This document shows, in pieces, positions 50,428-61,421 of a stretch of 64,000 nt of DNA (positions are counted from its first letter, which is position 1; each line of letters starts with the position of its first letter). The stretch is from NCBI GenBank assembly GCA_037481815.1, contig JBBFKX010000003.1:1-64000 (forward strand), in the 5' to 3' direction. The stretch is from a candidate division WOR-3 bacterium (lineage in GTDB: Bacteria > Hydrothermota > 32-111). Under the pieces are notes generated by a model. The model was not told where the DNA came from. It saw only the letters and a list, made by a program, of their open reading frames with translations, and ran no database searches. The position numbers and the translations under genes are program-made.

Positions 50428-51549
50428 TTATTTTCGATAAAGATAGCTGAGCCAGAAAGGTGTTATAAGTGTGGTAAATAGAATCATGATCACAAATCCA
50501 TTGTAAACGACCTGATCCACAAATCCTCTTGAAAGTGCTATTGATGCTATTACAAGTCCAACCTCACCTCTTGGAATCATCCCCACACCAACCTTTATCG
50601 ATTCATCCAAGGTTAAACCATTGAAAAAACTCGCAACACCACAACCTACAACCTTTGAAAAAACAGAAATTATGATCAAAATAAAAGTGAAAAGCAAATT
50701 TATATCCTTAAGATTTATCGATGTTTTTAATCCAACAACAAAAAAGAAAAATGAGATAAAAAGAGTATCAACAATTATGTGGGTATTATCCAGAACCCTT
50801 TTTGAAAACCTCGTTTTCGAAATTGAAACACCTGCAACATAAGCACCAGTTATTCCTGCAATTCCCATCTGTTCAGAAAAATAGGAAAGAAACAACATAA
50901 GTATTACAGAGAGGCTTAAAACCATATCATGTGATTTAAAATTTGAAACAAAATGGAACGCTCTATTGATTATATAGGTGTATATTATGTAAATGAAAAA
51001 AACCAGAAGTAAGAGTTTCAAAACAACCAAAATAAAATTTCCTGAATGAAAAAGAAAAACGAACGAAATCGACATAAAAAGTATACCTATAACATCATCG
51101 ATAACAGCTGATCCCAAAATCGTTATTCCACTTCTTGTGTTCAACTTCCCTATTTCCAAAAGCGTCATTACAGTTATGGACACAGATGTTGCTGTCAAAG
51201 TCAAACCAACAATGTATGCCGAACTGAAACTGAATTTCATCAAAAGAAAGATAAAAGCACACAAAAATGGAACCAGAACACCAGACAAAGCGATTATGAA
51301 AGATGCTTTCCCCTGTTTTTTTATACTTTCAAGATCAGTCTCAAGTCCTGCAAGAAACATTAAAAAAAGGATACTTATATCCGAGAAAAATTCTATAGTG
51401 TTATCAACTTTTATAATTTTTAATATCGGTCCACATAATATTCCAAGAACTATTATACCCACAACCGAAGGAAGTTTTAATCTAACAAAAATTTCATTAA
51501 CAATTTTTGTTGCAAGAAGTATGAACACAAAAATAAATATCTCATTCAT
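50428..51549 (-). CDS. Cation:proton antiporter (CPA2/NapA-like)
   Basis: P.VVG.I..G...GP, GLETD, ATSVSI, AVIDD, GM.PRGEV. Confidence 0.92.
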   Translation of the reverse strand: MNEIFIFVFILLATKIVNEIFVRLKLPSVVGIIVLGILCGPILKIIKVDNTIEFFSDISILFLMFLAGLETDLESIKKQGKASFIIALSGVLVPFLCAFIFLLMKFSFSSAYIVGLTLTATSVSITVMTLLEIGKLNTRSGITILGSAVIDDVIGILFMSISFVFLFHSGNFILVVLKLLLLVFFIYIIYTYIINRAFHFVSNFKSHDMVLSLSVILMLFLSYFSEQMGIAGITGAYVAGVSISKTRFSKRVLDNTHIIVDTLFISFFFFVVGLKTSINLKDINLLFTFILIIISVFSKVVGCGVASFFNGLTLDESIKVGVGMIPRGEVGLVIASIALSRGFVDQVVYNGFVIMILFTTLITPFWLSYLYRK

Positions 51550-52486
51550 TTTCTATCACCTTATAATAAAATTCTCCATCGAATTTATCGATTTTCAATT
51601 TTTCCTTTAGATCCTTTTCAAGTTCTTCAAGAATTATTTTTAACCTTTCAGAATCTATTCCCAAAGATATAGATATCTGTTCAAAAGTACATGGTCTTCT
51701 TTTTAAAAGTTCTTTCACTTCCTCTTTACCAACATTCGTTTTGTTGTTAACATCTTTCCCTGAAAAAACAAGATCTATCTGAACAAAATCTCCCAAAAGA
51801 TTTTTTATTCTTTCTTTATCCTCTTCATCTATAGGTTTTGCCTCAACGTATGCTGGTGGTCTTACAACAGTATTTATCTGTATTTTATCTACTCTCATTT
51901 TTTCAATAACTTTCCTTAAACCTATAAGATCGTTATCCGAGTCATTAACACCCTTAACAAGCAGTATTTCAAGAAAAAGTTTTCCTCTATACTCTTTTGA
52001 AAATTTTATCAACCCTTCTATAATATCTGAAAGTTTTAATTCTTTATTCGGCTGATTAACCTTTAAAAATGACTCTTCATTAACGGAATCAAGAGATGGA
52101 ATCACAATATCAAAATCCATCGATTCCCTTCTCACATCTTCTCTATAAAACAAAGATCCGTTAGTTAAAAGTGTTATAGGTAAAGTTGTTAACTTTTTAA
52201 CCTCATTTAAAATTTTTCCCATCTTTATGTTGAGGGTCGGTTCTCCTGAACCTGTAAAAGTTATACAGTCGATTCTTCCTGTATAATCTTTTAGAAATTT
52301 TTTTATCTGGGAAACGATTATTTCATCGTTGTGGAAATCTATTCTTTCAATTATTTTATCTGTTGTTTTTCCAACTTCGCAGTAGATACAATCGTATGAA
52401 CAATACTTTCGCTCGACAAGATCTATACCTAAAGAGTAACCTAACCTTCTCGATGGAACAGGTCCAAATATATATTTTTTGTTCAT
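51542..52486 (-). CDS. Radical SAM protein with C-terminal winged-helix-like domain
   Basis: FGPVPSRRLG.SLGID, CSYDCIYC, GSGEPTL, TNGSL; start placed at the ATG at 52486. Confidence 0.88.
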   Translation of the reverse strand: MNKKYIFGPVPSRRLGYSLGIDLVERKYCSYDCIYCEVGKTTDKIIERIDFHNDEIIVSQIKKFLKDYTGRIDCITFTGSGEPTLNIKMGKILNEVKKLTTLPITLLTNGSLFYREDVRRESMDFDIVIPSLDSVNEESFLKVNQPNKELKLSDIIEGLIKFSKEYRGKLFLEILLVKGVNDSDNDLIGLRKVIEKMRVDKIQINTVVRPPAYVEAKPIDEEDKERIKNLLGDFVQIDLVFSGKDVNNKTNVGKEEVKELLKRRPCTFEQISISLGIDSERLKIILEELEKDLKEKLKIDKFDGEFYYKVIENE

Positions 52487-52494
52487 AGATTGCA

Positions 52495-52522
52495 ATTATA
52501 ACATAAAGAAGTTAAAAGTCAA
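52495..52522 (-). promoter_or_regulatory. Promoter of the radical SAM-antiporter-murA operon
   Basis: TTGACT-16 nt-TATAAT with extended TG; 8 nt to the ATG at 52486. Confidence 0.7.
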
Positions 52523-52529
52523 ATTGACA

Positions 52530-52931
52530 CTACTGTAAAACCAATGAACTGAAGATATACCATCTTTTCTTTTTCTTAACAAGTATATGTTCCATGTTGT
52601 TAAAAATTTCATCTTTGCCTTCAACTTGAAAAACCATCCTTGTGAAAACTCTTGCTGTCTCATCTGATAAAGAAATTATTGAAAAACTATCTATCCTGGT
52701 CTGGACATTCACACTGTTAAAAATAAATTCTACAGTTCTTTTCGTAGAATTGAACTTAAAAGTATCTTCAGGGTCAATTGTTTCCATATATCCTTTTATA
52801 TCTTTTCTGTTCATAGAATCGGTATTTTTGTAAATAACCTCTTTTATCGATTCAGAATCATTCTCTTTTATCTTTTCACATGAAGAAAAAATAAACAAAA
52901 AAAGGAATACAAAAAAAATTTTTTTCATCAT
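52530..52931 (-). CDS. NTF2-like fold lipoprotein
   Basis: Lipobox FSSC; D...Y..., A.V, L.K....W.I ending. Confidence 0.65.
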   Translation of the reverse strand: MMKKIFFVFLFLFIFSSCEKIKENDSESIKEVIYKNTDSMNRKDIKGYMETIDPEDTFKFNSTKRTVEFIFNSVNVQTRIDSFSIISLSDETARVFTRMVFQVEGKDEIFNNMEHILVKKKKRWYIFSSLVLQ

Positions 52932-52943
52932 CCATAACTCCTT

Positions 52944-54149
52944 TTAAAAGATTAGATTAATTAAAAGCGGAATCAAAAGTATTGGTAAAGTTGATGGAAG
53001 AAGTATTCTGTAAACTTTAGACCAATCAGCTTTATAATACTCCCTTGTCAATGACAAACATAGATGGACAGGTGAAAGTAAAACACCGAAAAAACCTGAA
53101 GCATAAAAAAGGGTAAGTTTTATAAAATCAACTGATCCGTTCCCTTGCAAGATGATAGCAGAAACTAAAGGTAAAAGTACTCCAACATATGCTTGGTTCA
53201 CACCCGTAAAAATCCCAACAAGTATAGGTAACATGACAAGTAGTAAATAATATGTTGCCTTGAAATTCTGAAGAACAAGAAAATTATCTTTTATTATCTG
53301 TGAGTTCGAAAAGAAATCTTTAAAGATCATAACTCCGATTATAAGGAATATCATATCGAAAGAGAAAGATTTAAAAAACAGTTCAATCTTTTTTTTAAGA
53401 TCAGTTTTCAGTAAAAGAAGAAAAAGAAAGGAAACCAGAAAAACTACTATTTCCTCTTTTAGATTTGAGAAAAGAATTAAAATGACAATTATAAGAACTG
53501 GAAGAAATCCTTCAACAACATTGAGTAAACTTATTTTTAAAGATCTTTTTCTTTCAACTTTAACATTTTTTAATTTTTTTATGTAAAATATTCCTATAAT
53601 AAAAGCTATTATGGTCAAGTAGAATTGATATTTCATGATCATTCTTATTGGTATATTCAAAATGTTTGAAGTTAAAATCAAACCAGGATATAAAGGCCAG
53701 AAATATTCCCAGATATGTCTGAACCAGTAATTCACAAAAGTTTTCTGTTCTGGTTTTAAATCTATCTGATCTCCCAACTCGTTCACTATTTCTGCTGGGA
53801 AAAGAGCCCCACCTGGCATGGGTAAAAGTCCTATAAACATTGGGGGAAAAATGATAGCATATTTTACATCTCTAAAGATTTCGAGCAAACTATCTGATAA
53901 CTTTTTTATTCCCTTCTCTTTTATAACATTCGAAAGAAGTAAAACTGAATAGATTATCACAACGGTTTTTAATGTTGTATAGGAAGTAATCGATTTGATA
54001 AAAACTTTTTCTATCTCCTTAAACCCTGAATAAAAGAAAATTCCAACAAGAAAAGATGATATTAGAAGAGATATCCCCATGTTGATTTTCAACCTTAAGA
54101 AAAAAACAAAAAGTATTAGAATGAAAAAAATTTTTAACCAGAAAAACAT
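52944..54149 (-). CDS. DUF401 family membrane protein
   Basis: IGLLPMPGGA, NYWFRH.WE..WPLYP, SPVHLC. Confidence 0.9.
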   Translation of the reverse strand: MFFWLKIFFILILFVFFLRLKINMGISLLISSFLVGIFFYSGFKEIEKVFIKSITSYTTLKTVVIIYSVLLLSNVIKEKGIKKLSDSLLEIFRDVKYAIIFPPMFIGLLPMPGGALFPAEIVNELGDQIDLKPEQKTFVNYWFRHIWEYFWPLYPGLILTSNILNIPIRMIMKYQFYLTIIAFIIGIFYIKKLKNVKVERKRSLKISLLNVVEGFLPVLIIVILILFSNLKEEIVVFLVSFLFLLLLKTDLKKKIELFFKSFSFDMIFLIIGVMIFKDFFSNSQIIKDNFLVLQNFKATYYLLLVMLPILVGIFTGVNQAYVGVLLPLVSAIILQGNGSVDFIKLTLFYASGFFGVLLSPVHLCLSLTREYYKADWSKVYRILLPSTLPILLIPLLINLIF

Positions 54150-55063
54150 TATTCTCCTAAGTTTAAAAGTGGAACAAGATTTTTATCAAACGGAAGAATA
54201 ACTATTTTAGAATTCTGTGTATTCAAAAGTTCTTTAAGATTTTGAATATAGTACCATTGCAAATATTGTCTGTTTAATGACTCTGAGATCTTTTTCTGTG
54301 CCTGTGCTATACCTTCAGCTTCAATAAGTTTTCTTTCCTTTTCCTTTTTTTCTTTTTCAAGTATATATATCATTTTTTGAGATTCCTGCTCTGCTGCTAT
54401 TTTTTCATCTATTGCGTTTTTAACTCTTGTTGGAAGGTCTATATTCCTCAACAAAACTTTGTCAACGATTATACCTTTCTCGTTAAGGTTAGCATAAAGT
54501 TCATCAAATATCTTTTTGGATAACTCTTCCCTTTTTTCTGAGAAAATTTCTGAAACGTTGTAAAGAACCGTTGCGTTCCTGATCGAAGTTCTTATCGCTG
54601 GTCTTACGATCTTTTCAACATAGTTTGTCCCAATATTTTGATATACATCAACAGCTTTTACAGGATCGAGTTTATACCAGACGCTTATATCAAGAGAAAT
54701 TGTCAGCCCATCTTTTGTAAGAGATGTTATGGCATCATCACCCTTTTTAACACCTTCTTCTTTCGCAATCGACATTGTATAGTCCTGTGTTCTAACATCC
54801 ATCATAACAACCTGTACCAAAGGAAAAACAAGATGCAATCCATTTTTCAGAACTTTTTTGTCGAGATTACCAAAAAGAATCTGAACACCAACATATCCAG
54901 GTTGAACTATTCTAATTGAACTCATTAGAATAAAAAATAAAAGAAGAGTTGTAAGAACTATAATAAAATTTTTTCTGTTAAAAAAGCGAATCTTAAGACC
55001 AGTGTTATATAATACTATATAACCTATTATCAAAACCACTATCAGAAAAATTACAAAAAACAT
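54149..55063 (-). CDS. SPFH/prohibitin family protein
   Basis: V.PG.VGV...FG, GLH...P, T.DGL, LRNI.LP, AI..K..AEQ. Confidence 0.92.
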   Translation of the reverse strand: MFFVIFLIVVLIIGYIVLYNTGLKIRFFNRKNFIIVLTTLLLFFILMSSIRIVQPGYVGVQILFGNLDKKVLKNGLHLVFPLVQVVMMDVRTQDYTMSIAKEEGVKKGDDAITSLTKDGLTISLDISVWYKLDPVKAVDVYQNIGTNYVEKIVRPAIRTSIRNATVLYNVSEIFSEKREELSKKIFDELYANLNEKGIIVDKVLLRNIDLPTRVKNAIDEKIAAEQESQKMIYILEKEKKEKERKLIEAEGIAQAQKKISESLNRQYLQWYYIQNLKELLNTQNSKIVILPFDKNLVPLLNLGE

Positions 55064-55663
55064 TTATCCTCCTTTTTTGATTTTATTAAAGATTTCCCGT
55101 ACATCTTCAAAATCAAAACCCTTTCTGTAATATTTTTGAACAAGTTTTTCATCAAAGTTTTTTTCTCTTCTTAATAAGTTTTCAAGAATATTTCTTTCAT
55201 CGTAATCATCGAGAGATTCCTTTAAAAAAACACTATCAAAAACTTTTTTGAATTTTAAAAAAAGTTTAGATTCTATTTCCTTTTTTGAATATTTTCGCTG
55301 AGATTTCAAATAATCCAGATAATCTTTTATGTATTCTCCATCATCGATTAACCCATTTGCTTTAAACTCTTCCAACAATCTTTCGATTATTTCTCTGTCA
55401 ACCTTTCTCAAAAAAAGTTTTTCCCTGATCTGGTTTTCCGTGTACCTTCTTTTTGAAAGTATTCTGTAAAGATATCTCTTTGAGTCAAAAATCTGTGTTT
55501 CTTTTTCAACGGAATCAATCCAGTTATCATCTACATCCTTTCCAGTAAAAATATCGAATTTTATCAAAAGTTGATCGTATGTTGAAAAAGAATATTCTCC
55601 ATCAACAAAAACATTGACTTTCTCTTTATTTTTCTTTGCTCTCTCGATTTTTGTTATCTTCAA
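55064..55663 (-). CDS. recX: Regulatory protein RecX
   Basis: Directly downstream of recA; LS.R..TE....KL, G.IDD..Y, RKGF. Confidence 0.85.
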   Translation of the reverse strand: MKITKIERAKKNKEKVNVFVDGEYSFSTYDQLLIKFDIFTGKDVDDNWIDSVEKETQIFDSKRYLYRILSKRRYTENQIREKLFLRKVDREIIERLLEEFKANGLIDDGEYIKDYLDYLKSQRKYSKKEIESKLFLKFKKVFDSVFLKESLDDYDERNILENLLRREKNFDEKLVQKYYRKGFDFEDVREIFNKIKKGG

Positions 55664-56651
55664 CTATCATCCCCAGTGCTTTTCTTATTTTTAATTCGAT
55701 CTCATCAGCAACTTTTTTATTTTCTTTTAAAAACTGCCTTACATTCTCTTTTCCCTGACCGAGTTTTATATCACCGTAGGAAAACCATGCACCAGTTTTT
55801 TCAATAATGTTTAAACTCGTTCCAAGATCAACGATTTCACCATCTTTAGATATACCTTCTCCAAAATATATTGATACAAGAGCTTTTTTGAAAGGTGGGG
55901 CAACTTTGTTTTTAACGACTTTAACCTCTATGTTGTTTCCAACCTCATCCTCACCAACTTTAATTGAACTTATCCTTCTTACTTCCAATCTAACCGATGC
56001 ATGGAATTTAAGAGCTAATCCTCCAGGAGTTGTCATCGGGTTTCCAAACATAACTCCTATTTTGTATCTAACCTGATTGATGAATATCACAGCTGTTTTG
56101 GATCTGTTGATAACTGCTGTCAACTTTCTCAACGCCTGAGACATCAACCTTGCCTGTAATCCCATATGCGAATCACCCATATCACCCTCTATCTCGGCTT
56201 TTGGAACAAGAGCAGCAACAGAATCTATCACAACAACATCTATACTTCCACTGCTGACCAGTTTTTCTGTTATCTCAAGTGCTTGTTCACCAGTATCAGG
56301 TTGGGATACAAGGAGATTGTCTATATCTACTCCTATCTTTGTAGCGTACACAGGATCAAGAGCATGCTCTGCATCTATATATGCTGCCATTCCTCCGTTC
56401 TTCTGTGCCTGAGCCACAACCTGTAACGCAAGGGTTGTTTTTCCACTCGATTCTGCTCCATATATTTCAACGATTCTTCCTCTCGGAATACCACCAACAC
56501 CAAGTGCAGCGTCTATCGCTATTGAACCGGTTGAAATGATATCTCCTGCCATCATCGCTTTATCACCAAGACGCATTATCGCACCTTTTCCAAAATCCTT
56601 TTCTATCTGTTTGAGTGTCATTTCAAGAGATTTCATTTTGTTATTATCCAT
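55626..56651 (-). CDS. recA: Recombinase A
   Basis: [37 protein letters not shown]. Confidence 0.99.
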   Translation of the reverse strand: MDNNKMKSLEMTLKQIEKDFGKGAIMRLGDKAMMAGDIISTGSIAIDAALGVGGIPRGRIVEIYGAESSGKTTLALQVVAQAQKNGGMAAYIDAEHALDPVYATKIGVDIDNLLVSQPDTGEQALEITEKLVSSGSIDVVVIDSVAALVPKAEIEGDMGDSHMGLQARLMSQALRKLTAVINRSKTAVIFINQVRYKIGVMFGNPMTTPGGLALKFHASVRLEVRRISSIKVGEDEVGNNIEVKVVKNKVAPPFKKALVSIYFGEGISKDGEIVDLGTSLNIIEKTGAWFSYGDIKLGQGKENVRQFLKENKKVADEIELKIRKALGMIVEDNKNRESKEK

Positions 56652-56653
56652 AT

Positions 56654-57220
56654 CTATACCTCCTGATTTATTTCATGTAATGGAATATATATTGGTTGGT
56701 TATCAACAAATTTTGATTCATACAAAACAAGTGCGCTGATCGAATATCTTTTCGGTTCAAAAAAAGTTTTCTTTTCATTTACAAACCTGTACAACAGATT
56801 TCCATCATATTCCTCTTTTATCCTGGCGATAGTTATATGTGCGTTGAATCCTTTTCTGTCAAAGTCGATCCCTTTTTTTATAAGATTTTCCCTTATCGAT
56901 CCAACTGTATCTTTAAGTTCATCTGACACTTCAAGAGAGTAGAAAAATATTGCTGGATAGTTATTTTTATTGAAGAATTTTAAACCTTCACCTTTCAACT
57001 GCATCGATCTAAAATTAACAGAGTTCATGACCTCGACTATTTGAGGAACGATCTTTTCGTCAACCTGACCCAAAAATGCAACGGTTATATGCATATTTTC
57101 CGGTTTAACCCAGTTAACACCTTTAAGATCAAGATTGTTTTTTATCTTGTGTTGAACAAGCAAAAGTTCATTCTTCAGATCTGATGGAATTTTAAAAGCG
57201 ATGAATAATCTTTTACTCAT
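56654..57220 (-). CDS. thpR: RNA 2',3'-cyclic phosphodiesterase
   Basis: RLFIA and two HxT motifs (HITVAF, HITIAR). Confidence 0.92.
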   Translation of the reverse strand: MSKRLFIAFKIPSDLKNELLLVQHKIKNNLDLKGVNWVKPENMHITVAFLGQVDEKIVPQIVEVMNSVNFRSMQLKGEGLKFFNKNNYPAIFFYSLEVSDELKDTVGSIRENLIKKGIDFDRKGFNAHITIARIKEEYDGNLLYRFVNEKKTFFEPKRYSISALVLYESKFVDNQPIYIPLHEINQEV

Positions 57221-58400
57221 CCTTTATCCTCCTTAAAATTGAAAACATTGACAGGTTAACTGATTTTTGTCTCACGATATCTCTGCTTCCTGTGAAAATG
57301 TATTTTTCAGTTTTAACTATATCTCTATAAAAGGTTGAAATGAACACGGTTCCCACCGGTTTCTCAACGCTCCCACCAGAAGGCCCAGCTATACCTGTTA
57401 TCGAAACGGAAAGATCAGAGTTAAAAATTTTAGCACAGTTTTTTGCCATCACAAATGAAACTTCTTTCGAAACAGCACCATATTTTTTCAAAATTTTTTC
57501 ATCAACTCTCAACAAAACATTTTTTGAATCGTTTGAATAAACTACAACTCCCCCAAGAAAAAAACTACTCGATCCTTCAATATCGGTTAACCTTTTTGCT
57601 AAAAAACCACCTGTACACGATTCTGCAACAGAGAGCGTTAAATTTTTTCTTTCGAACTCTTCCTTTAAATACAGAACCAAATTTTTTGTTCCGGTTTCCA
57701 AGAAATTGTTAGAAAATTTTATTTTTAAAAATTTTAAAATCTCTTTATCAGGGAAAAAAAGATCTATAAACCCAAAAGATGGATAAAAATGAACATTCGA
57801 TAACCGTTTTGAATTAAATTTTTCTTTCAAAACCTGGTAGATATAGCTTTCCGTTGTATTGAAGATCTTCAGGTTATACTCTTCTTCTTTTTTTTGTTGA
57901 TCGGGAATCAATTTTTCAAGGATATTCACTACTATCCACTCTACTTCTCTTACCACACCAGGTAACAAAAATATTTTAACCTTACCAGATTTCAAAAAGT
58001 GACAGAACGCTATACCTGCTTCGTTTTCAAAAACTTTTGAACCTTCTATTATTCTCGATTGTTTTTTAACTATATCTTCCGAAACATTTTTCATCTTTTG
58101 TGAAACTTTTCTAAAAATCTCCTCAGAAAAAATAACTTCTCTTTTTAAAGATCTAGCAACAGCATCAAGTGTTATGTCATCAGGTGTTGGGCCAAGTCCA
58201 CCGGTTATCACTATAAAGTTTGAATTTTTTAGTGAAAACTTCAAAATCTTATCGATATTTTTGTAATCATCTCCTACGATGAATTTCCCTATAACATCAT
58301 ACCCTTTTTTAATGAAAAAATCTGAAATGATTTTTGAGTTACTCTCCGTAACTCTATTTTTCAAAATTTCGTCTCCAACGATTAATATGGATACTTTCAT
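57213..58400 (-). CDS. cinA: CinA / NMN deamidase (MoCF + PncC domains)
   Basis: GDEIL, TGGLGPT.DD.T, AESCTGG, GAVS, TGIAGP.GG. Confidence 0.93.
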   Translation of the reverse strand: MKVSILIVGDEILKNRVTESNSKIISDFFIKKGYDVIGKFIVGDDYKNIDKILKFSLKNSNFIVITGGLGPTPDDITLDAVARSLKREVIFSEEIFRKVSQKMKNVSEDIVKKQSRIIEGSKVFENEAGIAFCHFLKSGKVKIFLLPGVVREVEWIVVNILEKLIPDQQKKEEEYNLKIFNTTESYIYQVLKEKFNSKRLSNVHFYPSFGFIDLFFPDKEILKFLKIKFSNNFLETGTKNLVLYLKEEFERKNLTLSVAESCTGGFLAKRLTDIEGSSSFFLGGVVVYSNDSKNVLLRVDEKILKKYGAVSKEVSFVMAKNCAKIFNSDLSVSITGIAGPSGGSVEKPVGTVFISTFYRDIVKTEKYIFTGSRDIVRQKSVNLSMFSILRRIKDE

Positions 58401-58837
58401 ATAACCAAGATTATCAAATGTGTTATAAGATTTGCAAAAATACCGGCCATTATATCATCAAGTATTATTCCTGTTGGCCCTTCAATATTTTCAAATTTCT
58501 CAAGGTAGAATATTTTTGCAATATCAAGATACCTGAAGATCAGAATCGAAAAAAACATGATAAAAAAATTTTTAGGCAAAAACATAATAGAAATGATCGC
58601 TCCAAGAAGTTCATCAACAACTATTCTTGTGTCATCTCCAGAAAATTTTTTTGAATTGGATATACTCACATAGGAAACAAAAAGGGTAAACACAAAAAAA
58701 TAGTAGATAATCAAAAAATTAACATTCTGGGAAAAAAACAAAAACAAAAAGAAAAGAAAGGACACAATTGTTCCACCACCTTTGATATAACCAACAAAAC
58801 ATACTGTATTAACAATTGAATAGAAAATCTCTATCAT
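58397..58837 (-). CDS. pgpA: Phosphatidylglycerophosphatase A
   Basis: IVVDE..G, FR.LDI.K, G...DD..AG. Confidence 0.9.
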   Translation of the reverse strand: MIEIFYSIVNTVCFVGYIKGGGTIVSFLFFLFLFFSQNVNFLIIYYFFVFTLFVSYVSISNSKKFSGDDTRIVVDELLGAIISIMFLPKNFFIMFFSILIFRYLDIAKIFYLEKFENIEGPTGIILDDIMAGIFANLITHLIILVI

Positions 58838-59571
58838 CTGTAGATTTCTGGAATCTTTTTGAGTTCTTTTATCTCTTCCTGTGAAAAAAGTGAAAGATAA
58901 TTCAAGATTATTATTATTCTTTTTTCGTTCTTAAAAATTCCAACACCTTCTATGTATTTTAACTTTTCCTCAGGTAAAAAAGGTGGGATTTTTTTTATAT
59001 CCGATTTTTCCATTTTTACTATACCGATGAGTTTATCAACATAAAACCCTATCCTTAGTTCATCGAGTTTCATTATAACTATCGATCCATTTTCACTTCT
59101 CTTATTTATTTTTAAGCCAAATTTCTCTCTGAGATCGAACAGAGGAAGAAAGCCCTCTTTGTCATTTAACACCCCAAAGAAACTTTTACTTTTTATTCCA
59201 AGATCGAGTGGATCTTTGTATTTAATGATCTGTTTTACAAGATCTGAATCTATACCATACTCTTCTTCATTCAATTTAAAAGAAACGTATTCCTTTTCAT
59301 CTTCAAATTCATTCTCTTTTTTTGAAACTTTTTTTTCTACCAGAAAAATTTTTTCTTCATCTTTTTGCTCAACATTTTTTAATTCTTTGATATTTTCATC
59401 TAAAACATTCTCTTTTTCATAACTAAAATTTTCCTCTTTGATCTCTTCTGTCTCTAATCTTTCAGTTTTCAAAGGTTCGATTTCATTTTGTTCCTTGACT
59501 TTCTCCTTTTTATCTTCAGGTTTTTGTCTACCGCTTTTAAAAAGAGAAGAAAGGTCAACTTTCTTTTTCAT
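58834..59571 (-). CDS. cheW: CheW-like coupling protein with an about 90-aa Glu/Lys-rich N-terminal extension
   Basis: F.L..EEYGI....V..I, P..DLR..FG, G..VD. Confidence 0.85.
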   Translation of the reverse strand: MKKKVDLSSLFKSGRQKPEDKKEKVKEQNEIEPLKTERLETEEIKEENFSYEKENVLDENIKELKNVEQKDEEKIFLVEKKVSKKENEFEDEKEYVSFKLNEEEYGIDSDLVKQIIKYKDPLDLGIKSKSFFGVLNDKEGFLPLFDLREKFGLKINKRSENGSIVIMKLDELRIGFYVDKLIGIVKMEKSDIKKIPPFLPEEKLKYIEGVGIFKNEKRIIIILNYLSLFSQEEIKELKKIPEIYR

Positions 59572-60400
59572 ATTTTTCCCCCAGAATCTCTTTTAATTTG
59601 ATTTCAGCTTTTTGAGCCCATTTACTGAATCTGTTCTTTTTTATCAGTTCTTTTAAAACTGTAATTCCTTTTTTTTCCATTCCAGCAGAGATATAAACTA
59701 GACCAAGATAATAGTAGGCTTCAAGGTGGTTTGGTCCAAGTTGTATCGTATCTTTGAGAAATTTTATAGAATCATCATACATCTCTCTTTCCATATAGAT
59801 AAGGCCAAGATAAAAATTAGCATACATCAAAGCAACCCTGTCCTTTGAGTTTTTCAGAACATATGTTAAATGTTCTATCGCTTCTCCATATATGCCTTTT
59901 TTGAAACAGACAAAACCAAGATTATTTTTAGCAATAGAGTTTTCAGGGTCTATCTGTAAAACTTTTTGAAAAACTATCATCGCATCATCATATCTCTCTT
60001 TGTTTATATATGCCCATCCTAAAAGATCAAGGGTTTTAACATCTTTCGGAGCAAGAGAACTCGCTTTTTCGAGAACTTCTATTGCATCATCATATTGTTC
60101 TTCAACAAGGAAATTCCATCCTTTGTCTATGTACGTTGATAGATCAACTTTGGATATTCTAATGTTTTGAACAAAATTTTCAAATGTACTTTTATCCATT
60201 TTTTTTGTTTTTAACTTTTTTGCCAGTTCCTTTATTTTTATGTCAGCCTGCACCAGAAAATCGTTGAGTTCCAATATCTCTTTATGAAGATTTATTATTT
60301 GATTTTTAATATTTTTTTCATCATAAGAATTTGCATCGATTTGAGATGATAAAATGTCTATCTCTTTTTCAAGATCTTTTTTAAATTCTTTAAATTTCAT
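59555..60400 (-). CDS. Coiled-coil + TPR protein within the che cluster
   Basis: N-terminal coiled coil and about 5 TPR repeats. Confidence 0.8.
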   Translation of the reverse strand: MKFKEFKKDLEKEIDILSSQIDANSYDEKNIKNQIINLHKEILELNDFLVQADIKIKELAKKLKTKKMDKSTFENFVQNIRISKVDLSTYIDKGWNFLVEEQYDDAIEVLEKASSLAPKDVKTLDLLGWAYINKERYDDAMIVFQKVLQIDPENSIAKNNLGFVCFKKGIYGEAIEHLTYVLKNSKDRVALMYANFYLGLIYMEREMYDDSIKFLKDTIQLGPNHLEAYYYLGLVYISAGMEKKGITVLKELIKKNRFSKWAQKAEIKLKEILGEKYEKES

Positions 60401-61421
60401 TTAAAAGTTCCTCTATCTTTTTTGCTATATCCTTTCTATCTAAAACAAAATCTACAGCACCTGTTTCCTCAGCAGATTTTGGCATTCCATAGATAAGTGC
60501 ACTCTCTTTTGATTCAACGATATTCTTTCCATTCATTTTTTTTATAATTTTAACACCTTCGCTTCCATCTTTACCCATTCCTGTCAGAACAACTCCAATA
60601 ATTCTGTTTTTAAAATATTTTACTGCTGAGATCATCATTATATCAGCGGATGGACGAACCGAATGGTATGGAGGATCATCCGTATGTATAATGTATCCAT
60701 TTTCATCAAACACCATGTGCTTTCCACCCTGTGCTATAACACAATCACCGTTAAGGAGTTTACAGTTATCGTAAGATTCAAAAACATTCAAATTGGATAT
60801 CGAATCAAGTCGTTCAGCAAAGGACTTTGTAAAACCAGCAGGCATATGTTGAACTATCGCAATCGCTCCATTTATATCACTCTTTATCTTAGGAATTATA
60901 TCCATCAGTGACTTAGGACCTCCTGTTGAAGATGCTATGGCTACAAGTCTTGTGGCTTCAACCCTTTTTTCTTTAAAAACTTTTTCACTTTTTTCAGTTT
61001 CCAAAACCACTTGATTCAAACTCAGAAGATTCGCCTTTAACCCTGTTTTCAATTTTACCAGAATTTCATTCTTCTTATCCTTATAATCTAAAGAGGATGG
61101 TTTCTCAACAACATCAATCGCACCAAGTTCAAGTGCTTTCAACGCTATCTTCGATCCAGTTTTTGTATATGAACTAACTATTAGAACCGGCAAACTTTTT
61201 ATCCTCAGAATATGTTGAAGTGCTATAAGACCGTTCACTTTTGGCATCTCTATATCAAGTGTCACAATATCAGGATCAAGTTCTTTTATTTTATCTATCG
61301 CTTCAAGACCATCACTCGCCTCACCAACCACTTCAAAATCATCATCTGAACTTATTATATCTTTTAAAATTCTTCTGATCAAAGCAGAATCATCAACCAC
61401 AAGGACTTTAAATTTTTTCAA
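60390..61421 (-). CDS. cheB: Chemotaxis response regulator methylesterase
   Basis: REC domain (VVDDS, LDIEMP); STGGP, QHMP, RPS.D, LTGMG.DG. Confidence 0.96.
   Translation of the reverse strand: MKKFKVLVVDDSALIRRILKDIISSDDDFEVVGEASDGLEAIDKIKELDPDIVTLDIEMPKVNGLIALQHILRIKSLPVLIVSSYTKTGSKIALKALELGAIDVVEKPSSLDYKDKKNEILVKLKTGLKANLLSLNQVVLETEKSEKVFKEKRVEATRLVAIASSTGGPKSLMDIIPKIKSDINGAIAIVQHMPAGFTKSFAERLDSISNLNVFESYDNCKLLNGDCVIAQGGKHMVFDENGYIIHTDDPPYHSVRPSADIMMISAVKYFKNRIIGVVLTGMGKDGSEGVKIIKKMNGKNIVESKESALIYGMPKSAEETGAVDFVLDRKDIAKKIEELLNEI

Noticed and set aside
648..60911. Numerous short antisense or overlapping ORFs in the track (for example 648-1190, 14301-14654, 19253-19883, 38633-39162, 51137-51610)
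   Set aside because: They lie opposite or inside well-supported genes, are F/S/I/L-rich shadows of Lys/Glu-rich coding strands, and show no recognisable motifs.
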